From Octopus sinensis (lineage: Eukaryota), in contig NC_043004.1 of assembly GCF_006345805.1 (NCBI RefSeq), positions 1,860,001 to 1,924,000 on the forward strand: 64,000 nt of DNA, read 5' to 3'. Under the pieces are notes generated by a model. That model was not told the DNA's origin, ran no database searches, and saw nothing but the letters and a program-made list of their open reading frames with translations. Positions 13,048 to 28,758 of this stretch are shown in pieces. The translations under genes were made by a program, and so were the position numbers. Position 1 is the stretch's first letter; each line of letters begins with the position of its first letter.

Positions 13048-16000
13048 AATATTTTATTCCAAATCTCCCTTTATATCAGGTTGCCTTCATCTCGTTATGT
13101 TAATCCTTTTCTTAAAAATACTGTCGCCTCAAAGTAAATGAGTCGGCTTCAACCGTGATTCAGAATAAGGCCAAGATTTTGGATTAGTTTACTGATCTTG
13201 TCATGGTATAACTGTAAATGGAGGTCTTATTTGACTCAACTCACACCCTTAAGGTGAAATAATTGTAACTGTGTGGCAACAATGCCTATCCCCTACGCCC
13301 GATTTCATATTCTATATATTTTTTATTATTTTCGACTCAGCCAACAAAGACGGGCTCAGCCTCCGAAGGTTAATAATGTGGTTGGTATTTCTCTTAAATT
13401 GTTGCAAGTTGGCAGTGAGATAATTAAATATAGTACGAAAGGGTGGAACGGGTGGATGTAATAGTAATAGCTTCAGAATATTATTGACTGCAAAGTAAAA
13501 AATCAGCCCTTGAAATACTTGGCCCAATAATGTAAAAGGCCGAAATTAAATGCTATTGAATATTCTGTCTGAGGTAACATTCTTTCAACTAAGTCTCTAT
13601 TTCTGCGTAAATATTAATTTGATTGTTAGAAGGATCGTTGTCGATTGAACCATTCTCCAAATATTACTAGTTTACATGATGTAGTCTCTTGAACAACGAC
13701 AGGCAAAAACTGAAATTTAATGTCAAAACTTTGATGGCCGTAATTAAATAACGTAAGGCAAATTTTAGTGAGTTTATTAGTTGATGACCTCTGATTTCAA
13801 TGATCTGAACTATCTCCACACGGGAGAAAACAGCGTTAAGAATCAATAGGAAATGTTACTGACTTCATTCAAACGTCTACCCAAGAGGTTAAAACAATTG
13901 AACTTCGTCTACAATGACAATTGCTATAGTCTAGGATTAAGTTTTCTCAGGAACCTAAGCTTCACAAAGGTTGAAAGCATCTCTCATCGTGTGTGCTGAT
14001 CTTTATGCCGTCTGTAAGCTAGGAGGTTAATTGGACGTTAACCATACTAAATATATATGGTCGACTCAAATTTCATAGCATTGTTTTGGATGTTGCGAAA
14101 TATGAGGAGGAGTCTCAACGCAAAATACTCAACATTTGACATATCATCTGAAAGATGTCTCATTCATTTGGAATCGTGACTATAAATGTTGTTTTCTCGA
14201 ACTTGAATAGCAATTAGATGACGTTGATAAAACTTGAAACTTTCCACTTTTAGTTCTTACACAAATAAAATTCTATAGAAAAGTAAAATATAGATGAAAT
14301 TTCAGTTTGTAATTCATTACGGATTTATCGTTATCGATGGTATAAATGTACTTTCATGGTCAGTGCCAAACCAGAAAAGTGTCGAACTAAATTGCTGTTA
14401 TACTTAGACCCCTCATTCTTCCTGGATCTAAACACTACATGATCTGGCGTCGCTTTTATCCATTTGCCCTTAATTGAATTACAAGCAGCTGACAGAGGAA
14501 ATTTTAGGGGACTGTATACTTTCTCTACAACTACGAACTTTTCTAATAAAAAGCAAATGTCTATTTTTTTTCTTTCTTTCATGATGTGTTACTGTCCGAA
14601 TTTCCAAATAGGGTCTTGTGAAATTAAGCTAGTGTAAAATTTATATAAATATGTGTGTATGAATGAATGTGAAGTTGTGCGCGTGTGTTTTGATTTTCTG
14701 TCCTTTCATACAACACCGTATCGGCCATGGAATCTCTCAATCATGAGGCTACTAGCAACGGAGGCTTTATACCATTATTCAGCTAGGGAAATGTATAACA
14801 TTAATTTCTGTTTATTTTTCAAGGCCTCCCAGACTGGCTCGGTTGCATGCAACGGGCTGAACTCTATTGCAGTCCGCCAGACTATTAAATTGTACAACAG
14901 TTTTTATCTAGTTCCCAAGAATTCAGAACGCAAACAACCAGAGTGATGCTGAGCAGGCCAAATTCATCCGATACGAAACGCTGCCAATACACCAAAATGG
15001 ATAAGAAGACTTCGAAAAAAGAGAGAATAAATACATAAAAGTAACAACGACCTCAACAGGATCTGAACTCTGACCGCAAACTGACGGAACTCTTATGCCA
15101 GTTATTTTGTCTTACGCGCTAACAACTCCGCCAATTCACCGTTTTGCACATTGATGTGCGTTGAACCTCTTTCTCTACGTAAAAAACCCCAAACAAGTGT
15201 AACGATGCTTTTAAGGCTGCTATTTTCTTTAATATTTATTAGATGCAACTTAGGGTATCTGTAAAGTCTTTGCTGCAGATGTAGGCCTTGATTTGCAACT
15301 AAAACCAATTTCTCTCCTGTCACAAGATGTGAATTTTTCAATAACATGTTCTTTTGTGATGCATTTAAATAAACCGTTAATGATCCCTTGCATGTTTGTG
15401 ACGGTCACCTGGTCAAGTGGTAACAAGATGAGTCATTGGACACTACAATCCTGTTTTAATTAATGGTGGAAGTTAGCTAACTGCAGTTAAAGAAAAAGAC
15501 AAATTTGACATCATTTGAACTCAGAACATAGTAGTTCAATATTATTACGGTAAAACATTTGAGTCTATATCTCCTTTAATATTGTCTTTCCCTAGAGATT
15601 CTTCTGTGTCAACCGCGATATATTTAGAAGAAAAAATAATCGGCAAAGCCTATATTTTTAAAGCTATAAAACCAATTACAACAATTAGTTTTCTCGCTGT
15701 ATGTAAACCGAGAACTCGTTTAATTTTCACAGAAATTTAAGCGAAAACCTGATAAATAGTTTCGTTCGAATCACCAAATGATTAATCTCCAGCAGAGAAT
15801 TTCTGTAAAACTATTCCAAACTACTGAAGGATGAAATTTTGAGATTGTGTTCGCGGCTGGTGTTACACGACATGGTTCCGTTTTACAGAGAGAGAAAAAT
15901 GTCTTGTCATATTGCCTTCGCTTGTTGTCTTACAATCATTTTCTTTTTGCCTGTTGCGATGAAATACTTTCCCTGACCTAGCAATCAGGCCAACCAGTAA

Positions 16001-17187
16001 GAAGACTCGATTCTGTCTGTAAGCCAGGCTAACAAGTGTATAAATATTCTGTTTGTTATACGGAACAGAACGTTTTGACATATCATGCTTTATTTTCTGT
16101 TTTGTTTTTTCCATCTTCACAATTGTTATTCCACTTTTCCGTTATTATCTTATGCAACCTAAAGAAATAAAATTGCTTCTTTCGTATACCTCTCCCCCTA
16201 AAAAAAGCGAAAGCAAAAAATGAGGAAATAACAAAGTAATCCTCATTTTCGTATGCGCTTTCTTTTAATTCTTTTTATTCATCCATTTAATAATCCATTT
16301 TCTCTGTTACTTAATACATGCCTTTGTTTTGTTATTTGTATCTTTTTTTTTATTTATATTTCATTCCCAGAAAATGGTTAAATAACATTTTTATCTTACA
16401 GGAAAAAATCCCCAACAAAAATGATGTGAAGAAGAAATTTAGTAGAGAGAAATAAATGCTAACACCCCTCCCCCATACCACACGCACATTCATAAAAAAA
16501 ACCCAGAAATGCTATTCTCAACTGATAGGTCTTTATTAAAAAAATAGATAATTTCTGCAAAACACTGGCGGTAAACCAACCTAAGATGGCTGAAAGACCT
16601 TTACAGGAAAAAGACAAAAAGAGACATTAATATAACATAATGAAGCATAATTTAGCGTTCTTCTTCTCAAGTCTACATTGCAAATATATAGAAATGGCAG
16701 TACTTCAGAACTTCTAATTATTTCTTCCGCTGTAGTATCTATTGTATCTTTTATATACAATCTTTTCATTATTAAATATTTTTTCTTAACTTCACATGGC
16801 ATCGTATTGGCCCCCAATAATTATCTCATTCCGGTCTTTTATGCATCTGTTTTATAGCATGATTGTATAAAGATTTCAAGTTAAAGCGACTTTATCTCAA
16901 CTATTTTGTATTATAGAAATATAACTGAAATGTTTACGTGAGAGATGTCGATGCTTTGGTGACCATTTACCTCGTCGGTAAAGACAGTTAATCACACAAT
17001 GTATATCATTTGCTGTATATATTGGTGAAGAACAGATGAAAGAACATTATATATAAATATATTTCCGAAAAATAGTAAATGTCTTAGGATGTTAATTGAA
17101 AATAACTTTAGAGTATTTCTAAAAATTTGGTGACGTTTAAATAAAAGGCAAGAGCTCTACACCAGGTAGAAACACAGCAAGTACAAC

Positions 17188-17622
17188 CTTCCCTTTCATG
17201 GGACTTTCGCATTAAGTTGACAACACACCATTATTTTATCGTGTTACTCTGAGAGATTTAGAAATGTATTATTTCTATATTTGAAATCAGTGAACGTATT
17301 TCACTTGAATTATTATATGTTTACAGAGGCAGATAGGCATCGACAGCTAACAAGCCATGCTACTCCAGACTGATGACGAGCAATGACTCAGAAACTAGTC
17401 TCTGGATGCTGGCTTTGCTGTGTGGAGGTGCTTATCTCCGCCTTTGTAAACATAAGGACACAGGAAATGTGTCAAGGCCGACAGGAAGCGGGGCTCCCTA
17501 GGGCTAAATAGCAGTAGTATTCTTCCGTTTCATGGGACTGTCACACTAATTTGACAACATACCACCACTTTATCGTGTTACTACTGTATAAATCTCTGAG
17601 AGATTTAGAAATGTATTATTTC
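17188..17622 (+). mobile_element. Retrozyme-like or Penelope pLTR-like partial tandem unit (~334-bp period) containing the HHR
   Basis: Imperfect direct repeats at 17188-17275 and 17522-17622 flank a structured non-coding interior that contains the HHR. Confidence 0.65.
17352..17415 (+). ncRNA. Minimal type-I hammerhead ribozyme, intact core
   Basis: UCCAGA(17364-69)-CUGAUGA-C-GAG caauga CUC-A-GAAA-CUAG-UC/UCUGGA(17401-06). Perfect 6-bp stem I extended by AAGCCA/UGGCUU, palindromic stem III ACUAGU, GUC cleavage triplet ending at 17400. Confidence 0.85.
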
Positions 17623-18899
17623 CACGTATAATGTTGTTCCTCTACACGAGATATGGTTAAATAATTACTGTCTGTGCATAACAAGCCAGATAGGAGTCGG
17701 TGCGACACACACACACGCACACACACACATACATACACGCACACACGCACAATCACACACACACATACACGCACACACGCACACTCACACAAACATACAC
17801 GCATACACACAATTCTCTATACTGATGCATCATATTTCATAATATTTTTCCAACTTGATTTTCACATTGTTTACTTATATATATATATATAGTTGTCGCT
17901 TCCGTCTTCGATTTCGTTTCATAAGCTAGGCTTTTGAAGGATTTACGCTTGAACTTCCGCGATATCTTCGATAATATTTACCATTTTATTTTTAAGATAA
18001 TATTGCTTTAAGCGAAATACCTAAACTTTTTCCAATTAAGTGGTTTCGACTAAGATTACTATTTGGTTCCACATTTTAGCTTATTACAAGAGTAACCCTT
18101 GAAAGACATGACCTGAGAAGCAGGCAATGTTGGTCTCAAACAACAAAAGGAAGTGTGTACAATAGAAAAGAAAACATCAAAGCGATGGCTTACCCTATTC
18201 TTAAGTAGTTGTTATGCCTAGCACTCACCTAACTGGCGAGCGAGGTAATACAGCTAAATTAACATGGATGAAAATTTATAAATTTTACTCTAAAAATGGA
18301 TTGCATAAGTTTTTAACAATGAAGTGGAGGGCTTCTGTCTTGGACCGTAGAAAGAACAGTAAATGTGCCTATATAAAGGATCATTACTCAAGACAAATTA
18401 ATGCTGGATATATACAAAAAGAAAAAGGAAAAGATATTGCAAGATATTCCAAAACCACTTAACAGATTTTCTACTTTTCTCTTTCTCTCTTCCTTCCTTC
18501 TCTCCACTGTTAGAAGAAAAAAAATTGATCTGTCTTTAACTGTGACTTTAATCTTTGTTTACAAATGAACAGAGGGAATAATTCGAAAATCTCAAGTTGA
18601 ACCGTGCTGAAGATTCCACAGAAAGATGAAATGATATCGTACATGTCTACTATGACAGTAATAAAGAATAATAATAAAACAAAAATTATATTTCGGTTGG
18701 CGGCCACTCTGCATTTGCCGGTCTTCATTTAAAATGGAGCGAAACCAGCAAACTCCCAAGTAATAAAGATCGGACATATCAAAAGCTTACGATTGATCCA
18801 AACTATGTTTTCAGTCGTTATAACTAGGGCAATATTTTTTAATCCTACACAAACTGTGCTAGAAAAACGAGGACAACCCATGGATTTCTATTCACGCTG

Positions 18900-19550
18900 C
18901 AAACATTTGGGAAATCAGCCAATTCTGTTCCTTTCTCAACAGCCATGTCCACCATTATGCATTGCACACACACCATATGCAAAGGAGACATTCGGTCACT
19001 TAAAACTCAATATGCTACTAGACTTGAAAGTACTCTTTTCAGTTATGTTAAAAATTGCACTTCAATACTCACCAGAGCTGGCGTCAGAACCCGTTGAACT
19101 TTTCAAATTTCTCCTCTCCAAGGGATCGATCTTGAACTTTGGGAGCTATCATCATTTGCAGCACTTCATACATCTAAACTTCTAGACGAAGACATTCACG
19201 GTTTTTTGCTCCAACAATTTTCTTTACCTCATATTAATAACCACTGGTAGTGTTTCGTAAAGTCAGATCCAATGCTGACTTACTCTCTTCGTTCACCTAG
19301 AAATGATTCCTGAGCTTGACGTTAAATGATGAACAGAGTATATTCTCCCAAGATATTAGCAAAGTTTTCCGACGTGTTTGGCATAAGAATCTCCAATGGC
19401 AACTTCATATCCATACATTCCACTTGTTTCTCATCACTTGGTGAAAGAGTGGTTTCCAATCAGTTTGTGTTATTGCCGCATATGTTGACGGAATTCTTTG
19501 TCCCCGTTCCGGCGTGCTGCAAGGTTTCTCTCGCGGAGATTATTATAGAT
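18900..19550 (-). pseudogene. Heavily decayed RTE-like LINE relic
   Basis: Hand translation across shifts gives FRCMKC, EEKFEKFNGF and YGVCAMHNG..WAV, in RTE motif order. Confidence 0.4.
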
Positions 19551-20239
19551 TAATTCAAATCCATTTCGATTTTATCAGAGATAATCTAGATTTCTTTATT
19601 TTAAATAAAATAAAGTCGTCCGACATTGTAACTGTGGCGTACTTTACATAAAAAGCAAATAGATTCAGAGGAAGGAGAGGAAGTAATGTCCCTAATGGAT
19701 AGGAAATAACAAGTAAATATGCACCTAGAAGGGGAGACGTTATGAGAAATTTGCCAAAAGCTGACGAAGCAAAAAACCAAAATAGCTTCTCGTTTCGCCT
19801 TTAACAACAACAATAGCAATGATAGCAACAAAAATAACAAAACAACCACAGCAGCAATAGTATTAATAACATTAACAATATTAATACGAATATAACTATA
19901 ATTATTGTCATACGAATAACTTCAGATACTCTGTAATATAATTTCCAACCAGCCCTTAACGATCTTTAGGAATTTAATTATAGTATTTAGCGTATATCGA
20001 GCATCTTTTTGGTGAGATGTTTTATAGGTGCATTACTCATTATAGCGGTGTTGCATTAAAAGTCAGTGACTTCAAAGATAAAATCTATTGCCAACAGAAG
20101 AGCGCTGTTCGTTTTGTTACTTGATGTTGTAAGAGTTTAAATAAATCTGGCATTAAAGTGAGTCACATTTGCATCGAAAACTGATGCCATAGTCAGCATC
20201 AACAGCATAAACTCTACAGAGACGTAAACCAGTGTCTTC

Positions 20240-20480
20240 CTCAAGTTTTAACTGTCCTAATATCTGTCACCTAAATGAAAATTGTCTGTCTCAAGCATTA
20301 GATTAGAGTATTGAGTAAAAGACTCTCTTACAAACAATAGTTAGAACAATCATCATTTAGGGTTTACGGAAAAGCCCTTTAAAGGAGATTTCTTGCAAAA
20401 TATCTAGACATTCAAACTCAGCGAATGACATGTCGCCATTCCACAATCCAAAACATTTCTAGACTTTAATGAAAGATTGC
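20240..20480 (+). pseudogene. Decayed Penelope-like GIY-YIG endonuclease fragment
   Basis: Hand translation across stops and shifts gives FNCPNICHLNENCLSQALD*, HHLGFTEKPFK and RHST/SKHF*TL. This resembles the PLE pattern CNC..CPLNGNCL...YIGLTE..FK...STELSKHIW. Confidence 0.6.
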
Positions 20481-20623
20481 TCCAGAAGTCCTTCCAGAAA
20501 ATGATAAGTCTCAATTTAGGTTTGATACTTTCTGCGGAAATTTCAAATGCTAACCCGTTTAAATTGTTAATTTTCTTCAAATTGTAAAAAGCTCACTTAC
20601 TGCAAAATGACATTAAGATTTTC

Positions 20624-20767
20624 GGTTCCGGGTTCAGTCCCACTGCGTGGCAACTTGGGTAAGTGTCTTCTACTATAGCCTCGGGCCTACCAAAGCCTTG
20701 AGAGTGGATTTGGTAGACGGAAACTAAAAGAAGACCGTTGTATATATGTATATTTATATATACGTGT

Positions 20768-20821
<54 letters not shown>

Positions 20822-20994
20822 TTGTGCGTCTGTGTTTGTCGCCCCAACATCGCTTGACAACCGATGATGGTGTGTTTGTGTCCCCGTAACTTAGCCGTTC
20901 GGCAAAAGAGACCGTTAGAATAAGTACTAGGCTTATTACAAAGAATAAGTCCTGGGGGCGATTTGCTCGACTAAAGGTGGAGAATAAAAGAGTA
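20624..20994 (+). mobile_element. SINE family B, 5'-clipped
   Basis: ggttcagtcccactgcgtggcaacttggg..., internal (TG)n, 3' half present. Confidence 0.8.
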
Positions 20995-21074
20995 AACAAA
21001 AATTTCATAAACAATACTGAGCAATGCGTGCGCACGTAGGCAATATACAACGTGATACCCAGGATAATATGTAC

Positions 21075-21330
<256 letters not shown>

Positions 21331-22164
21331 GGGTACGTTTAATTGCAGACATATATATATAGACTAGAATTGATTGATATTTTAAAGAGCTCGTGTCATT
21401 TAAAATTGCCGATGATTTTATTCCCTTCCCCCTCCGAATGCATTTACATCCCCGCCCTCCTCAAAAAAGATCTCATTTTTGATAATTCTGCATTTTTGTC
21501 ATTAGCTTATTTCTCTGCGGCAGAGCACTCAAACTACTGATTCAAGCAGATAAGAAGATTTGCATTCTGCCTATTAAACCGCCATTTTGTTTTTGTGTCT
21601 CACACATGTCTTTTAGTTTCCCTATTTATAGCTTCTTTACTCCAAATATTGATCTCATCTACTCCTTTCTTCTCCGCTTTGCTCCCAACATGTCTGTTGT
21701 TAATCAGTCAGTCATTTTGTGATTTTTCTATCTGGCTATCGCCCTTTTATATGGTTTTGTTTGACAGACAATCTCTCTCTCTCTCTCCCTCTCTCTCTCT
21801 CTCTTTTCTCTCTCTCCTCTCCTCTCCTCCTATTTTATATCTTCATAACTCTTTGTCACCTCTCTTCTCTATTTTATGTTCAGTTCTGTTCTGTTCTCAT
21901 TGCAGTGTCTTTTCCCAAGATTTGATGTCCGCTCTATCACCGGATGTGAAACCATTTTTATTAACCCGAGCCAATTTCCTTAAATAATAATTATGACGTT
22001 TTTTAAGGTATCTCTCAATGGCAGACAAGTAGGTCATCGACTACTATTGACATCAGGCAAACAACAAAAATATGAATTGCTTGCATTTTAAGCTTTATTA
22101 TCCCAGAAGGAAACTGAGGTTAGATGAGAAGCTGTGAATGTCAATTTCAAAACAAAAGCGCCAT

Positions 22165-22178
22165 TACTACTGCTACTG

Positions 22179-22226
<48 letters not shown>

Positions 22227-22425
22227 ATAATAATAATAATAATAATAATAACACAACAACAACAACAACAATAATAATAATAATAATAACAACAACAACA
22301 ACAATTATAATAATAATAATAATAATAATAACAACAACAACAACAACAATTATAATAATAATAATAATAATAATAATTATAATAATAATAATAATGATAA
22401 TAATAATAATAACAATAATAATAAT
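22165..22425. repeat. Compound (CTA)/(TAA)/(CAA)n
   Basis: Directly visible. Confidence 0.95.
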
Positions 22426-22640
22426 CGTTTCTACTGAAGGCACAAAACCTGAAAATTTGGGGGAAAGGAGATGTCGGTTATATCGACCCCAGTACGCAAC
22501 TGGTACTTATTTCATTGATCCCCAAAGTATGAAAAGCAAAGTCGACATCGGCGATATTTGAGCTCAGAACGTAAAGACGGACGAAATGCTGCTAAGTATT
22601 TTGTCCGGCGTGCTAACGTTTCTGCCGGCTCCACGCCTTG
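22426..22640 (-). mobile_element. SINE family A
   Basis: Reverse-complement head, body and tail 2, lying between TAA-type arrays. Confidence 0.8.
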
Positions 22641-22692
22641 ATGATGATAATGATGATGATAATAATAATATTATTATTTCTATTATTATTTA

Positions 22693-22975
22693 AGAATGAT
22701 TCCTGGCTTACCTTCCATGCGGCATTGTCGATGTGAATTTTCTTTCCTTTCTCCCCTTTATTTTCTTTGCTTACTTTTTTTATTTTTATTTTTCCTTTGT
22801 TTCTTTTTTTCCTTTTTCCCTCTGTCTTTCTTCTTCTTTTCCTCAGTCACATGATTTTGTAAATGAACAATCTAGTGTGGTTATTTTAATGACCTACCGA
22901 TGTATACAGTGCGTTTCTCTGCCCTAGGTGTCAGGAAGACACTCGGCATGAAATGGAAGCAGGACTGAAAGAAGA
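22693..22975 (+). mobile_element. Short 3'-end fragment related to Dong-like copy 2
   Basis: agaatgattcctggcttaccttccatgc and gcattgtcgatgtga match the last codons and stop of copy 2 (35474-35566) with ~49 bp missing between them. gccctaggtgtcaggaagacactcggcatgaaatggaag matches 35671-35709. Followed by (CAA)/(TAA)n. Confidence 0.85.
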
Positions 22976-23022
22976 TGATGATAACAACAACAACAACAAT
23001 AATAATAATAATAATAACAACA

Positions 23023-23053
<31 letters not shown>

Positions 23054-23136
23054 CAACAACATTAATATAATAATAATAATAATAATAATATAATAATAAT
23101 GATAATAATAATAATAATAATAATAACAATAATAAC

Positions 23137-23190
<54 letters not shown>
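22976..23190. repeat. (TAA)n-dominated array
   Basis: Directly visible. Confidence 0.95.
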
Positions 23191-23905
23191 TGAGGTATGA
23201 AAACAATTTCGCTTATTGTTTGTATTGATTGTATTTATTTCCGAATTAAATTTCAAAGCAGAGACTTGGAAATAGATCAAGTTTTCCTGCAAAGGCCCAA
23301 TGGCCGAAGATGCTGAAATTTTATAAGAGACGCTGCTATGGTTTATTTTGTTGTGTGTAGATGGGAAACGGATGAATGGCTGTGGTGCTAGTGTTAATGA
23401 TAAATTCATCGAGAAATATTATAGCCGAATGCATCGTGTATACGTTGCCTCTATTTGTTACACTTTGTTGAAACAACGTATTAAGATATTAAAACGGTGT
23501 AAAACTCGCTCGTTATATATTTATGTGGTATATTCTAATTAAGTGGTTTGTCAACATTAAATATTGAATTGAAAAATTAAATGAGCCGAGAAGGGGAAAA
23601 TGTTGGTTACTTGCTTGATTTGGTTTCAGTGCTAAGACAAGAAGACACCGTCAGAGTTTGCACTTTTAACAGCTTTTCAGTTTGGATTGCAGCAAGAACA
23701 ACACTAATAATGAAAACGACGACGACAACAACAGCAGCAGCAACAGTAGCAACAAAAACAACATAAGTAGGTGGAACGATAACCGAACGTTTAAAAGTTA
23801 ACATTTAAGAGTATGTGTGTGTGAGAGAGATATAGAGAGAGGGAGAGAGAGAGGTAGAGTGATATACGTAGGTAGATTGAGACACAGATAGACTGAATGA
23901 CTCTC

Positions 23906-23964
<59 letters not shown>

Positions 23965-23977
23965 CTGAATGACTCTC

Positions 23978-24048
<71 letters not shown>

Positions 24049-24049
<1 letters not shown>

Positions 24050-24462
24050 TATTTCTTTATTAACCACACAGGGTTGAACACAGGGGGGGGGGACAAATTA
24101 CAAAGTAGAGCTTTTCGTTTTGGATAGAAAAAAGGGGGTAGATTTCCGATCAAAAGGGATCGTACGAAAGAGATAGATAGATAGATATATTTCTTTATTA
24201 ACCAGATAGATATATTTCTTTATTAACCACACAGGGCTGAACACAGAGGGGACAAATTACAAAGTAGAGCTTTTCTTTTCGGATAGAAAAAAGGGGGTAG
24301 GTTTTCGATCAAAAAGGATCGTACAAAAATGATTGATAGATAGATATATTTCTTTATTAACCACACAGGGCTGAACACAGAGGGGACAAATTACAAAGTA
24401 GAGCTTTTCTTTTTGGATAGAAAAAAAGGGGATAGGTTTTCGATCAAAAGGGATCGTACAAA

Positions 24463-24466
<4 letters not shown>
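24049..24466 (-). repeat. Three ~120-bp units separated by (GATA)n; LINE-3'-end-like
   Basis: Units at ~24049-24170, 24214-24330 and 24347-24465. On the minus strand each ends ...ttgtcccctctgtgttcagccctgtgtggttAATAAAgaaata(tatc)n. Confidence 0.75.
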
Positions 24467-24555
<89 letters not shown>

Positions 24556-25123
24556 CAAGCATACATAGAGAGAAAAAGAAACAGAAATACACATTCCTAG
24601 ACAGATAGAAAGATATATACTCATTTACATATACAGATTTATTAATAACCGAATCATCAATCTGAGTAAAATACATCTTCCGCTCTCCGCTAATACAAGT
24701 ACATCAGGCTGAAGAAAGGTTTTGCGATTAGTTTAGAACTCTACGTAAATCCATGATTGCCTTATCAAGTTAATACAGTATGTTTTCAAAGAGTGATAAA
24801 CAAGGGAAGGCATAAATTATGGGCTTTACACATTTATTTATTTGCGCATCGTAGACCTACAGTTGTTTCTGATATTCATTTTAGGTGCGTTCATAGGTCC
24901 GTTTACTCAATCAGTCGACTGATCATTTGAAAAAGGTGGACGACATAAACAAATACTATAATCCTCAAAGTTTGAGCAGCAAGAACCAAAGCACACAAAA
25001 ACGAAAGTAACTTAGATGTGGGAAGATAAGAGAAGAGAATAGAAAAAAGAATTTGTTGTCATTTGTCTTTATGGGAGTATATGTGTTTTATCATAAAGCG
25101 TAAAACATAGCCCAATTCGCTAT

Positions 25124-27976
<2,853 letters not shown>

Positions 27977-28649
27977 CAACCGATACTGGTGTGTTTAAGT
28001 CCCTGTAACTTAGCGTTTCGGCAAAAGAGCCCGACAGAATAAGTACTAGGCTTACAAGAATAAGTCCTGGTGTCGATTTGCTCGACTAATAGAGGTGCTC
28101 CAGCATGGCTACAGTCAAATGTCTGAAACAAGTAAAAGAATACATATACACACACACACACACTCATATATATATATATATGTGTGTGTGTGGTGTGTGT
28201 GTGTGCGTGTGTGTGCGTGTGTATGTGTGTGTGTGTGTATGTACCTATGTATGTATATATAGATGCACACTCGTACAAATATATTTGCACTTAATGTTTA
28301 CACATACATACTAATGTTTATATTAAGCTATAAAGGCATAAAACCGAGAGTTACTAGGAAGAGCCGTAGGCAACGCCCTATGAAACGGCATGAAAAGCAA
28401 CCATAAGCGAGACTTCGAAGTCGCTGTCGCCTCTCAAGAAATAAATAATTTACTTCACTTTATTTTCTAAGTCCTTCAAACGGTTCTTGCCGTACGTCTA
28501 TAAGTAAACGAAGACTGTGTATACGATGTCTGTGCACTTCTGCACAGACACACACACATGCCTGCATATATATATATATACACGTGTGTGTACGTTTGTG
28601 TGAAATCATATTTATATACAGATGCAGACATACAAACTTGCACACGCAT

Positions 28650-28758
<109 letters not shown>

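Noticed and set aside
18793-19553. 130-aa and 75-aa plus-strand ORFs as host exons
   Set aside because: No recognisable domain; the opposite strand shows decayed RTE-like motifs.
24049-24466. Repeat-spacer pattern resembling CRISPR
   Set aside because: Units are ~120 bp, the spacers are GATA microsatellite, the context is eukaryotic, and there are no cas genes.
28348-28425. GC-rich hairpins (gccgt/acggc, gacttcgaagtc)
   Set aside because: No ribozyme or tRNA consensus can be fitted without several indels.
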